Shown here piece by piece: positions 27,566 through 37,028 of a stretch of DNA of 47,612 nt. The position numbers and the translations under genes were made by a program. The DNA comes from Candidatus Blackburnbacteria bacterium RIFCSPHIGHO2_12_FULL_44_25. Its GTDB lineage: Bacteria; Patescibacteriota; Microgenomatia; UBA8517; UBA10165. The notes below the pieces were generated by a model, which searched no databases, had not been told where the DNA came from, and saw only the letters and a list, made by a program, of their open reading frames with translations. The DNA is taken from positions 1 to 47,612 of the forward strand of contig MHCB01000012.1 of the NCBI GenBank assembly GCA_001816455.1. Reading direction: 5' to 3'. Numbering within the stretch: position 1 is the stretch's first letter; every line of letters begins with the position of its first letter.

Positions 27566-29223
27566 TAGTTAAAAACAAACTCGTCCTAGTAGTAATCCTG
27601 ACAATCGCAGCGATACTTCGCTTGTGGAACCTTGATACGAACCCGCCCCATCTTTATAGTGATGAAGCAGCTATCGGGTACAATGCTTATTCTATTCTCA
27701 AAACCGGCCGCGATGAACACGGCGAGTTTCTTCCTATTGTTTTCAAGTCCTTCGGGGATTGGAAACCAGGACTCTATATCTATTCAACCGTACCGTTTAT
27801 TGCGACCCTCGGCTTGAGCGAGTTGTCGGTAAGACTCCCAAGCGCAATTGCTGGAATAGTGGCGGTATTTCTACTCTATCTCCTAGCAAAAGAGCTATTT
27901 AAAAATGAAAAAATAGCATTTTTAATAAGCCTTTGTCTTGCGCTCACTCCTTGGCATATTCATTTTTCCAGAGGAGCGTGGGAGGCAAACCTCAGCCTAA
28001 CAATACTTCTGGGAGGCACGCTATGTTTTGTTAAGTCTATCAGCGGTAAAAAGAAGTATCTTCTTCCAGGAGCGATCCTTTTCGCACTAACGTTGTGGAC
28101 ATATCAAGGGGCGAAGCTCGCTTCATTAATCGTCCTCGGAATCCTTACATACACATACAGAAAACCTCTACTGGAAATAAACCGTAAGTTAGCAACAACC
28201 ACCATCCTGATGGGTATCATTCTTACACTCCCCATACTCCTAAGTCTCATCGACGGGAAAGCCGGCCGTTTAAGTGTTTACAGTCTGTTTTCTTACGAAA
28301 GACCCCCTGAGAGCATAGATCGTATTTTGTCCCAAGAGGGAGTAAGTCGTAACTCGTGGCAATACAAACTTTATCACACAGAAACGCTTTCCTTTGTTCG
28401 TGGTCTTACCGGTAGATGGGTTAATCACTATTCCGGTCGTTTCCTATTTTTCGAGGGCGATTGGTCAAACCCTCGCCATCAAGCACCGGAGACAGGAATG
28501 CTTCTACTGATACAACTGCCTTTACTGTTATTGGGAACATTTATTCTCGTGCGCCAAAAAGACACAAAAGCAATAAGCTTCATTTTACTTTGGCTGATTC
28601 TTGCACCGCTTCCCGCTGCCCTATCTCGTGATTCAGTTCATGCCGTCCGAAGTTTCAACCTGGTAATTCCTCTTGCAGTGCTAACCGGTTTAGGTGTATG
28701 GGGCATAACTGAATTTTTACAAAAACAGAAAAAGAAGGTAGCATTTCCAATAAGCGCCGCGCTCTGTTGTATTTTCATTCTCAACTACTGGTACTATCTC
28801 GACAATTACTTTGTTCACTATCCCAAAAGAAACGCACAAGCATGGCTTTACGGGTACAAAGAGGTGATAGGAGCAATCAATAAAAAAAACTACGACGAAG
28901 TTATTTTTCAGCAAAGCTACAATCAACCCTACATGTTTTTTCTTTTTTATAAAAAATATGACCCAGAAAAATACCAAGCTACGTCCCGGAAGTACTACGA
29001 GGAAAATCCTTATGGGGATGTAGGAAAAATTTCACGTTTAGATAACATTTCCTTTAGAAATGCAACGGAAAGCGATTTGCACAAACCAGGGACGTTAATT
29101 ATATTTGACCCGGAGACCCCCCCATATCCAGCCATCCTAGAAGAGCATAGGGGTGGGGAAGTAGGAGAGGTTAAAAGGCCTAACGGAAGCACCGCATTTA
29201 GAATACTAAAGTTCAGTGAATAA
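27562..29223 (+). CDS. ArnT/PMT-like GT-C membrane glycosyltransferase
   Basis: HLYSDEAAIGYNAYSILKTGRDEHG, SFGDWKPGLY, TPWHIHFSRGAWE. Confidence 0.88.
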   Translation: MIVKNKLVLVVILTIAAILRLWNLDTNPPHLYSDEAAIGYNAYSILKTGRDEHGEFLPIVFKSFGDWKPGLYIYSTVPFIATLGLSELSVRLPSAIAGIVAVFLLYLLAKELFKNEKIAFLISLCLALTPWHIHFSRGAWEANLSLTILLGGTLCFVKSISGKKKYLLPGAILFALTLWTYQGAKLASLIVLGILTYTYRKPLLEINRKLATTTILMGIILTLPILLSLIDGKAGRLSVYSLFSYERPPESIDRILSQEGVSRNSWQYKLYHTETLSFVRGLTGRWVNHYSGRFLFFEGDWSNPRHQAPETGMLLLIQLPLLLLGTFILVRQKDTKAISFILLWLILAPLPAALSRDSVHAVRSFNLVIPLAVLTGLGVWGITEFLQKQKKKVAFPISAALCCIFILNYWYYLDNYFVHYPKRNAQAWLYGYKEVIGAINKKNYDEVIFQQSYNQPYMFFLFYKKYDPEKYQATSRKYYEENPYGDVGKISRLDNISFRNATESDLHKPGTLIIFDPETPPYPAILEEHRGGEVGEVKRPNGSTAFRILKFSE

Positions 29224-30835
29224 AATACTAATTACAACTATTGTGTTACTGGGGGCCATTTTACGCTTTAACCAGTTGAACAACCTTCCAGCACTAAACG
29301 CTGACGAAGCAGCGATAGGTTACAATGTATACTCACTTCTCGAAACTGGGAGAGACGAACACGGCAACCCATGGCCTATTCATTTCCAATCTTTCAACGA
29401 CTACAAGCCGGGTCTTTATTTCTACCTAACCCTACCTTTTGTCAAAGTACTCGGTTTAACCGAGCTCGCAGTAAGACTCCCCGGCGCAACTTTAGGAGTA
29501 CTTTCCATTTTTGTCGTGTGGCTTCTGGTAAAAAACCTATTTCCTGATAAAAAGTACCTCGCAGAACTCTCCGCTCTATTTTTAGCAATTTCTCCCTGGC
29601 ACATCCATTTCTCAAGAGGGGGTTGGGAAGTAAACGCAGCCACGTTTTTTATTACACTTGGGGTGTTGGGACTTACGAAAAGTGCACAAAGTTCCAAGTG
29701 GTTTCTTGTCACACTTCTTTCCTGGGTGGCAGCAATGTACACCTACCACGCAGCAAGAGTGGTAATTCCACTGCTTGCTCTAAGCTTATCTGTATATTAC
29801 GACAGCATACTGAAAAACAAGAAAAGGTTGGCAACAATCCTTCTAGTCGGAACAATACTGCTAATTCCTCTGGCAAGGGATATGGTAGGCGAGGCGGGCG
29901 TTTCCCGCGCCTCGGGCGTAGGGCTACTAGCCGATCCAGGTCCGGTCAACAAAACAAACGTACAAAGAGGTGAGCACCTGTCCTCAGTGGGTCTCGCAGC
30001 CGAGGCTTTACACAATAAAGTCGTAAATTACGCTCTAGCATTTGCCCAGAATTACACAGAACACTTCTCTGGCGACTTTTTGTTTATATCTGGAGATGAT
30101 ATAGAAAGAAATAAAATACCAGAATTCGGAGTCATGTACCTTTCTGATATGGTATTCATATTGATTGGAATACTAGCCATTCTGAAAGGTCCCAAAGGTT
30201 GGTATCCAGTGTTAATGTGGCTTCTGGTAGCCCCGATAGCAGCAGCACTAACCTTTCAATCTCCCCACGCTTTGCGTGCCCACAATATGGTCATACCCCT
30301 GACCATAATCAGCGCATTCGGACTGTGGAATCTGGTTTTATGGTCAAACAAATATACTAAAACCAAACTCTCTCGTTTTGCATTTTGCGTTTTACTTTTC
30401 ACTCCAGTGGTATGGGACTTTTCCCGCTATCTACACCAGTACTATATTCATTTAAATAAAACATATGATTATTCGTCTCAATACGGTGTTAAAAAGTTAG
30501 TGGAGTACACAAAAACTCAGTCTCGTTATTCAAACTATTTGATAACCACCAGATACGATCAACCCTATATTATTTTCCTTTTTTACTTGAAACACCCGCC
30601 TGAAAAATTCCAAAAAGAACATACCCTTACGGCACGCGACCGATTTGGTTTTTCGACAGTTGAGAAATTCAGTAACTATTCCTTCAAGGAGATAACAAAT
30701 TGGAACGCCACAAGAACCAGTAACCCAAATACCCTAATTGCAGGTGCCCCTGAAGAAATACCAGATGGAGCAAACGTAATTAATACCATATACTTTCCAA
30801 GCGGCAAAATCGCCTTTAAAGTAGTAGCCAACTAA
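29216..30835 (+). CDS. ArnT/PMT-like GT-C membrane glycosyltransferase
   Basis: ALNADEAAIGYNVYSLLETGRDEHG, SFNDYKPGLY, ISPWHIHFSRGGWE. Confidence 0.88.
   Translation: MNKILITTIVLLGAILRFNQLNNLPALNADEAAIGYNVYSLLETGRDEHGNPWPIHFQSFNDYKPGLYFYLTLPFVKVLGLTELAVRLPGATLGVLSIFVVWLLVKNLFPDKKYLAELSALFLAISPWHIHFSRGGWEVNAATFFITLGVLGLTKSAQSSKWFLVTLLSWVAAMYTYHAARVVIPLLALSLSVYYDSILKNKKRLATILLVGTILLIPLARDMVGEAGVSRASGVGLLADPGPVNKTNVQRGEHLSSVGLAAEALHNKVVNYALAFAQNYTEHFSGDFLFISGDDIERNKIPEFGVMYLSDMVFILIGILAILKGPKGWYPVLMWLLVAPIAAALTFQSPHALRAHNMVIPLTIISAFGLWNLVLWSNKYTKTKLSRFAFCVLLFTPVVWDFSRYLHQYYIHLNKTYDYSSQYGVKKLVEYTKTQSRYSNYLITTRYDQPYIIFLFYLKHPPEKFQKEHTLTARDRFGFSTVEKFSNYSFKEITNWNATRTSNPNTLIAGAPEEIPDGANVINTIYFPSGKIAFKVVAN
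30374..30401 (+). repeat. Degenerate 7-bp tandem array inside GT-C CDS
   Basis: CGTTTTG CATTTTG CGTTTTA CTTTTCA, encoding RFAFCVLLF. Confidence 0.65.
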
Positions 30836-30837
30836 AG

Positions 30838-31704
30838 ATGAAAAAAAGCAAACTTTCCATAGTTCTTGCAACCTTCAACGAAGAAGATAACATCGCGCCC
30901 TGTCTCGAATCAATAAAAGACATCGCCGATGAAATCGTAATTGTTGATGGCTCCTCTAGCGACAAGACGGTTCCAATCGCACTCTCTTATGGCGCAAGGG
31001 TTATCAAAAGGGAGAATTATCCGAATTTTCACATCAACAAAAAATATGCGATAGATCATGCCCATGGAGAATGGGTGTTACAACTTGACGCAGACGAACG
31101 GGTAAGTATAAAACTAGCCCAGGAAATAGCACAAGTTATGAGAATGACGCCTGGAGAATTAGAAGTTCACCAACAAAACCTAAGAGGGAGAGAACTACTC
31201 TTAAGACACCAACACCTCATAGAAGAAAGAGACGGAAAGATCGGAGACACACAAGGAGAGTACACAGCCTTTTTCTTTCCAAGAAGAAATTTTTTCTTGG
31301 GAAAATACATGAAGTATGGAGGAACGTACCCTGATGGGGTAATACGCCTCTTTAGAAATGGTAAAGCAAATCTTCCGGCAAAAGACGTACACGAACAAAT
31401 GTGGGTGAAGGGGCGCGTCGGCTGGTTGCGGAACGATCTCTTACACCTAGACTCACCAACGTTTGCACGCTATATCGCCAGGAATAGCAGATACATCGAC
31501 CTAATAGCCAAGGAACTGAAAAAAGAAAAGACCGGAAAAAGTCCGATTACTTTTCTAAACTATTTTCTCGTTAAACCTCTGCACTGGTTTCTGTTGACCC
31601 AAATAAGACACAAAGGAATTCTTGACGGCTTTCAGGGAATTGTTTTTTCTTTTTTTTCTGCCCTCAGATTCCCCAGAGCCTATTGGAGGTACCTAAATGA
31701 TTAA
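30838..31704 (+). CDS. GT2 glycosyltransferase (beta-1,4-glucosyltransferase-like) with a ~35-aa insertion
   Basis: LATFNEE, IVDGSSSD, LQLDADE, GGTYPDG, VHEQ. Confidence 0.9.
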   Translation: MKKSKLSIVLATFNEEDNIAPCLESIKDIADEIVIVDGSSSDKTVPIALSYGARVIKRENYPNFHINKKYAIDHAHGEWVLQLDADERVSIKLAQEIAQVMRMTPGELEVHQQNLRGRELLLRHQHLIEERDGKIGDTQGEYTAFFFPRRNFFLGKYMKYGGTYPDGVIRLFRNGKANLPAKDVHEQMWVKGRVGWLRNDLLHLDSPTFARYIARNSRYIDLIAKELKKEKTGKSPITFLNYFLVKPLHWFLLTQIRHKGILDGFQGIVFSFFSALRFPRAYWRYLND

Positions 31705-32716
31705 AGTATTCGTAAACAAATCACCACTAGAAACAGCTCATTCTACGAGGGGTATTGGCCTCTACACAAAAGAACTAACAACCGCTCTTAAAGAAAATAA
31801 AAACATACAACTTGTCGACGATGTGACCAATGCAGATATAATCCACCATCCTTTCTTTGATCTGTTCTTCCCAACACTACCAGAACCACACAAAAAGATA
31901 CCAACTGTGGTTACAGTTCACGACGTTATACCGCTGATCTATCCGAACCAATACAAACCAGGAGTAAGAGGCAGGATAAGATTTCTTAGACAGAAAGAAA
32001 GACTCAGAAAAGTTAACGCCCTTCTAACCGACTCCGAAACCTCTAAAAAGGACATAGTTCGACTCTTGAGTATTCCAGCTGAAAAGATATTTGTCACACA
32101 TCTTGCCCCAGCTTCTCACTTTCGACAGCTGACGGCTGGCAACTGGGAGCTGGAAACTAAAAAGCATTACGATCTACCCGAACATTTTGTACTTTATGTC
32201 GGAGATGTAAATTACAACAAAAATATCGGGGGTCTTCTCCAAGCAGTAAGCCTACTTGATAAGACCAATGTGGTAATGGTTGGTAAAGCTTTTCAGACAA
32301 ATATACCCGAAGCTCGGCAAATTACTGAACAGATCAGAAACTTAAAACTAGAAAAAAGGGTCACAATGCCCGGTTTTGTGCCAAACGACGACTTAGTGAA
32401 ACTATACAATTTAGCAACTGCAGTTTGCCAACCATCTTTGTATGAAGGTTTTGGACTACCAATACTTGAAGCGCAGGCTTGTGAAACTCCCGTAGTTGCC
32501 AACAAAACCCAGGCATTAGTAGAGATAGCAGGGAATAGCGTCCTATTTGCTGGCAACAAACCGAATGATCTAGCGCAAAAACTAAAAAACCTACTAACAG
32601 ACACTAAACTACAAACTGCACTTAGAAAAAGAGGGAGAGAAAACATTAAAAGATTTTCATGGCAAAAAACAGCCAGAAAAACTTTAAAGGTGTATGAAAA
32701 AGTACTTGGGATTTAA
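31697..32716 (+). CDS. GT4 (GT-B) glycosyltransferase, mannosyltransferase MtfB/WbaZ-like
   Basis: RGIGLY, TVHDVIP, YVGD...KN, PSLYEGFGLPILEAQ, FSWQKTA. Confidence 0.93.
   Translation: MIKVFVNKSPLETAHSTRGIGLYTKELTTALKENKNIQLVDDVTNADIIHHPFFDLFFPTLPEPHKKIPTVVTVHDVIPLIYPNQYKPGVRGRIRFLRQKERLRKVNALLTDSETSKKDIVRLLSIPAEKIFVTHLAPASHFRQLTAGNWELETKKHYDLPEHFVLYVGDVNYNKNIGGLLQAVSLLDKTNVVMVGKAFQTNIPEARQITEQIRNLKLEKRVTMPGFVPNDDLVKLYNLATAVCQPSLYEGFGLPILEAQACETPVVANKTQALVEIAGNSVLFAGNKPNDLAQKLKNLLTDTKLQTALRKRGRENIKRFSWQKTARKTLKVYEKVLGI
32126..32160 (+). repeat. Degenerate 7-bp tandem array inside GT4 CDS
   Basis: CAGCTGA CGGCTGG CAACTGG GAGCTGG AAACTAA, encoding QLTAGNWELETK. Confidence 0.6.
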
Positions 32717-33854
32717 TCGCGATCTTTTCGAGATCGTGCTTTTTTTTATCGCATGGAGAATTTGGATCACAGTTTTTGCTCTTCTGGGTATAATTCTCCT
32801 CCAACCCCCGAGTCGGGATCTCTTTGGAGGCGGATTTGAAAACTACATAACCAACCCACTCTTCTGGGGATGGAGTAATTTTGACGGTGAACATTATGTG
32901 TCAATCGCACAAAAAGGATACGGCACACTCACCCATGCCTTTTTTCCAGGCTACCCATTCTTAATAAAGCAATTAAGCCCCGAAGGTTTATCGAGAATTG
33001 TCTTTACAGGCCAGGCGGTAAGCTCCCTGTTCTTTCTACTTAGTTTAATTGTGCTATGGCAGCTGATTCGACTGGACTATCCCAGAGAAGTTGCTCGCTT
33101 TGCGCTTGTTCTCCTTGTAACCTTTCCTACCTCTTTCTTTTTTGGTTCCGTCTACGGCGAGTCCTTACTTTTGTTTCTTACACTGTTAAGTTTTTTTCTA
33201 GCAAGAAAAGCAAAATGGTTTACCAGCAGTTTGATAGCAAGCATCGCATCCGCCACCCGAATTTTCGGCATAGTACTCCTGCCCAGTCTTTTTATTGAAT
33301 GGTTATTGCAAAGAAAAGGCGGAAAGATAACAATCAGAGATGCTCAAATTTTCACAATAGCCCTGGCCGGACTAGGCCTTCTTCTTTACATGCTTTATCT
33401 TTACAAAACAACTGGTAACCCATTAAGTTTTTATACAGAGCAGAAGTTCTTTGCCCAAGGTCGCGTAAGCGATAAGCTTATACTTCTCCCTCAAGTTTTC
33501 TGGAGATATTTTAAAATGCTCCTTACCGTACAGAAAACAAGCCCTCTATATTTCACTGTTTGGATGGAATTTTTGTCAGGAATTCTCGGGAGTGTCTTGA
33601 TAGTTTATGGTTATTTTAGAAAGGTCAGGTATTCATATCTTGCATTCGCAACAATTTCCTTTTTACTTCCCACGTTGACTGGTAGTTTCACCTCTCTACC
33701 ACGATACACTCTGGTTATATTCCCATTCTTCATCATAGGTTCTTTGTGGCTGTCAGATGCAAAGAAAAAAACCAGAGTCGCAATAATAAGTCTGTTTGTC
33801 GTACTCCTCGGGATAAAAACCATGATGTTCGTGACAGGATATTGGGTCGCATGA
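32694..33854 (+). CDS. PIG-V-like (GT76-type) GT-C mannosyltransferase
   Basis: WSNFDGEHYVSIAQKGY, AFFPGYP, FPTSFF..VYGESL, ATRIFG, SLPRY. Confidence 0.85.
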   Translation: MKKYLGFNRDLFEIVLFFIAWRIWITVFALLGIILLQPPSRDLFGGGFENYITNPLFWGWSNFDGEHYVSIAQKGYGTLTHAFFPGYPFLIKQLSPEGLSRIVFTGQAVSSLFFLLSLIVLWQLIRLDYPREVARFALVLLVTFPTSFFFGSVYGESLLLFLTLLSFFLARKAKWFTSSLIASIASATRIFGIVLLPSLFIEWLLQRKGGKITIRDAQIFTIALAGLGLLLYMLYLYKTTGNPLSFYTEQKFFAQGRVSDKLILLPQVFWRYFKMLLTVQKTSPLYFTVWMEFLSGILGSVLIVYGYFRKVRYSYLAFATISFLLPTLTGSFTSLPRYTLVIFPFFIIGSLWLSDAKKKTRVAIISLFVVLLGIKTMMFVTGYWVA

Positions 33855-35110
33855 GAACGATCACCCTAATTCAAAATTACTGGCACAAATTGTTAACAAA
33901 CCCACTCTTGGTGGGAAGCGTCATCATGTTTGTTGGGGCGAATGTTCACAACGCAGGTCAACTTTTGTATCACTATCTGGCGATAAATCTCTTAAGTAGG
34001 GCACACTACGGAGACTTAGCTGCAATGATCGCAATCTTTAGTTATCTTGGCATTGTTCAGCAATCGCTGGGGCTATCGGTTGTAAAATTTATTGCATCAG
34101 AAAAGGACGAGAAAGAATCACATGGCCATTCAAAGGCGATCTTTTTTTGGAGCATATGGGTAGCAGGGGCAATGGCTCTAATAATTCTTACACTAGCCCC
34201 TTTAATATCCAAATTTTTACAAATAGGACAACCAGGTGCGGTGTATCTGTTTGCACCAGTTGTTTTTATTACTTTTGTGACGAACACCGGAAGATCTCTG
34301 CTGCAAGGTGTTGTGCGTTTTTTTCAACTTGCCACAAGCATGATAGTCGAGGTGCTCGTGAAAATTATTTCAACGATAGTACTTGTTAAATTAGGCTATG
34401 AACTTTTTGGTGCAGTCATCGGTCTTTTGATAGGAGCAGCAGTTGGACTTGGGGTTGTCTGGCTCTCCTTAAAAGACAACCTAAAAGGTGCAAGAAAAAC
34501 AATGCTAAGTATCGTACCTCTGTTAAAATACTCACTACCAGTAATGGTTCAAAGCATTGCCATGACCGCAATGTATTCGACAGACATTATCCTTGTTAAG
34601 CATTTCTTCCAACCCGATATTGCTGGATCTTATGCAGCCCTGTCTAAATTTGGTACCATTGCGCTTTTTGTCTCATCTCCAATAGCAACGGTAATGTTTC
34701 CCTTAGTCGCAAAAAAACATTCTCACGGAGAACCATACCATAAAGTTTTCTACCTAAGCTTAGCGTCAATCACAATCATTTCTTCCGTTGTTGTGATTAT
34801 ATATAAACTATTTGGTAGTCTTATCGCTGATACTCTCACAAAAGGAAAATATGTTGAAGAATCATACTTACTGTGGTGGTTTGGTTTGTATATGTTACTC
34901 TTGGGTGTGGCAGTCCTCTTTACTCAGTTTTATCTATCTATTGGCCAAACGAAGACAGTATGGTTGTTCGCCATAGCAGCAATCCTTCAGGTTGTACTTA
35001 TTTGGTTTTTCCACTCCGAGCTTGTTAGCATTATACAGTCATCTGTCGTATCAGCTGCTTTACTGGTACTTTGCCTTTCCATATACTTCCTATATCATGA
35101 CCATAAATAA
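33851..35110 (+). CDS. Second Wzx-type (MOP) flippase
   Basis: ~12 TM. YSTDIILVKHFF..AGSYAALS, VMFPLVA. ATGA coupling gives start 33851. Confidence 0.85.
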   Translation: MRTITLIQNYWHKLLTNPLLVGSVIMFVGANVHNAGQLLYHYLAINLLSRAHYGDLAAMIAIFSYLGIVQQSLGLSVVKFIASEKDEKESHGHSKAIFFWSIWVAGAMALIILTLAPLISKFLQIGQPGAVYLFAPVVFITFVTNTGRSLLQGVVRFFQLATSMIVEVLVKIISTIVLVKLGYELFGAVIGLLIGAAVGLGVVWLSLKDNLKGARKTMLSIVPLLKYSLPVMVQSIAMTAMYSTDIILVKHFFQPDIAGSYAALSKFGTIALFVSSPIATVMFPLVAKKHSHGEPYHKVFYLSLASITIISSVVVIIYKLFGSLIADTLTKGKYVEESYLLWWFGLYMLLLGVAVLFTQFYLSIGQTKTVWLFAIAAILQVVLIWFFHSELVSIIQSSVVSAALLVLCLSIYFLYHDHK

Positions 35111-35891
35111 AGGGTTACTTTCTGTTGTTGTGCCTGCGTATAAGCAAGAAAGAACCATAAAGCGTGACCTTGAAAACATAGACCGTGTGTTGTCGGAGGG
35201 ACTAAGAGACTACAATTACGAGATCATCTGTGTGGTTGACGGAATCTTAGATAACACGTCTGCGCAAGCCAGAAAGGTGAAATCTTCACACGTTCGGGTA
35301 TATGACTACGACCAGAATCGCGGAAAAGGATACGCGATCAGATATGGTATGTCCAAGACCAAAGGCGATCTTGTTTCCTTTTTAGACGCGGGTATGGAAA
35401 TTTCCCCAACAGGTATTATGATGCTTATGGCGCACATGGAGTGGTATAAAGCAGATATAGTTGTAGGCTCAAAACGTCACCCCGCCTCTCGGGTTAACTA
35501 TCCCCTTTTTCGTCATGTATTAAGCATTGGATACCACATTCTAGTCAAAATTATGTTCGGACTTTTTGTACGCGATACGCAAAGCGGTATAAAAATATTT
35601 AAAAGAAACGTTGTAGATAAAATACTCCCCAGACTTCTTGTCAAGAGATACGCGACTGATATCGAAATGCTTGCCGTTGCAAAATACGTGGGGTATGGGA
35701 GAATATACGAAGCCCCCATTGAAGTAAAGTTTGATAAAAAAACGAGCGCTATACGCTGGAGAACAGTTATCGATATGACTATTGATACACTTGCAGTTTT
35801 CTATCGGCTAAAAATTCTCCGCTATTATGCAGACAAAAATAAAACGAACTGGATAAAAGATCCTCAAGTCGACTTGGGAGCACCCGTCTAA
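35097..35891 (+). CDS. GT2 polyprenyl-phosphate glycosyltransferase (DPM/DPG synthase-like)
   Basis: SVVVPAYKQE, VVDG..D, NRGKGYA, FLDAG, VVGSKRHP, DTQSGIK, DIEML. ATG 35097. Confidence 0.85.
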   Translation: MTINKGLLSVVVPAYKQERTIKRDLENIDRVLSEGLRDYNYEIICVVDGILDNTSAQARKVKSSHVRVYDYDQNRGKGYAIRYGMSKTKGDLVSFLDAGMEISPTGIMMLMAHMEWYKADIVVGSKRHPASRVNYPLFRHVLSIGYHILVKIMFGLFVRDTQSGIKIFKRNVVDKILPRLLVKRYATDIEMLAVAKYVGYGRIYEAPIEVKFDKKTSAIRWRTVIDMTIDTLAVFYRLKILRYYADKNKTNWIKDPQVDLGAPV

Positions 35892-35900
35892 TCTTCTGTA

Positions 35901-37028
35901 ATGAATATATTAATCCTTTCCTGGCGTGACCCCAAACACCCTCAGGCTGGTGGCGCAGAACAGGTAATGCATGAGCATATGAAAGGCTGGATTGCGGCGG
36001 GGCATACGGTCACCTTCTTTTCCTCCCGTTCTCGGGGATCAAAGGCTGAAGAATGGTTGGATGGCATCAGAATAATTCGCCGTGGTAGCGATTTATTTCT
36101 AGGCGTTCAATTAGAAGCCTTTTGGTGGTATTTATTTACCGATCACGAAAAGTTTGATCTAGTCGTAGACGAATTCCACGGGTATCCTTTTTTCACGCCT
36201 CTTTTCACAAGAATTCCGAAACTAGCGGTTTTACAAGAAGTTGCCCGAGAGGTCTGGTTTTTAAATTACTTACCCTGGCCCTGGCGGTGGATAATTGGCT
36301 TTATTGGATACTGGACAGAACCGTTGGTTTTTTTGCTCTATAAAAAAACTCCATTTTTAGTCGGGTCCCTCTCTGCCAAGCAGGATCTAATGTCTTTTGG
36401 AGTCCCCCAGAAAAACATCTCAATTGTGCCCCACGGCATAATCAAAACTGAAAAACCTGTCAATATACCCAGGAAAGAGGAAAGGAAAACGATAATTTTC
36501 CTGGGTGCACTTACCACCGACAAAGGAATTGAAGAAGCGCTGGAAGCTTTTGGAATTCTGCAGAAAAAAGGCAACTACAACTTTTGGATTGTCGGTAGAG
36601 GTGAACCACTGTACATAAAAAAACTTAAAAATGGATGCAAACGTCTAGGGGTTATAAATAACACCACTTTCTTTGGTTTTGTAAGCCAGAAGAGGAAATT
36701 TCAATTACTAGGGCGTGCACATATTCTTATTAACCCCTCAATTCGGGAAGGTTGGGGCCTCGTGAATATAGAAGCAAATGCCATGGGTACGCCCGTTGTT
36801 GCCTACAAGTCTCCTGGGCTCGTGGATTCTGTAAACGATGGGAGAAGCGGTTTACTTTGCAAGGAAAACACGCCAAAAGATATCGCAAAGATGGTAACAA
36901 TGTTGCTTGAGAACAACAAATTATACACAAATCTTCAAAAGGGTGCTGTTGAATGGTCAAAAAGGTTCAGTTGGGAGAAGTCAAAAAAGCTTAGCTTAGA
37001 CTTGATAGAAAGAATAGATGAAAATTAA
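35901..37028 (+). CDS. GT4 (GT-B) glycosyltransferase
   Basis: WRDPKHPQAGGAE, FLGAL..DKG, PSIREGWGLVNIEANAMGTP. Confidence 0.93.
   Translation: MNILILSWRDPKHPQAGGAEQVMHEHMKGWIAAGHTVTFFSSRSRGSKAEEWLDGIRIIRRGSDLFLGVQLEAFWWYLFTDHEKFDLVVDEFHGYPFFTPLFTRIPKLAVLQEVAREVWFLNYLPWPWRWIIGFIGYWTEPLVFLLYKKTPFLVGSLSAKQDLMSFGVPQKNISIVPHGIIKTEKPVNIPRKEERKTIIFLGALTTDKGIEEALEAFGILQKKGNYNFWIVGRGEPLYIKKLKNGCKRLGVINNTTFFGFVSQKRKFQLLGRAHILINPSIREGWGLVNIEANAMGTPVVAYKSPGLVDSVNDGRSGLLCKENTPKDIAKMVTMLLENNKLYTNLQKGAVEWSKRFSWEKSKKLSLDLIERIDEN

Noticed and set aside
19632..30835. Calling the DE-motif proteins true arnT (lipid A L-Ara4N transferases)
   Set aside because: No arnABCDEF or lipid A genes are in the window and there are seven divergent copies. 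The similarity supports the fold or family only, so no gene symbol was given.
22645..30835. Diversity-generating retroelement or recent gene-conversion cassettes among the tandem GT-C paralogs
   Set aside because: No reverse transcriptase and no long near-identical nucleotide repeats were seen; similarity is at the protein-motif level only.
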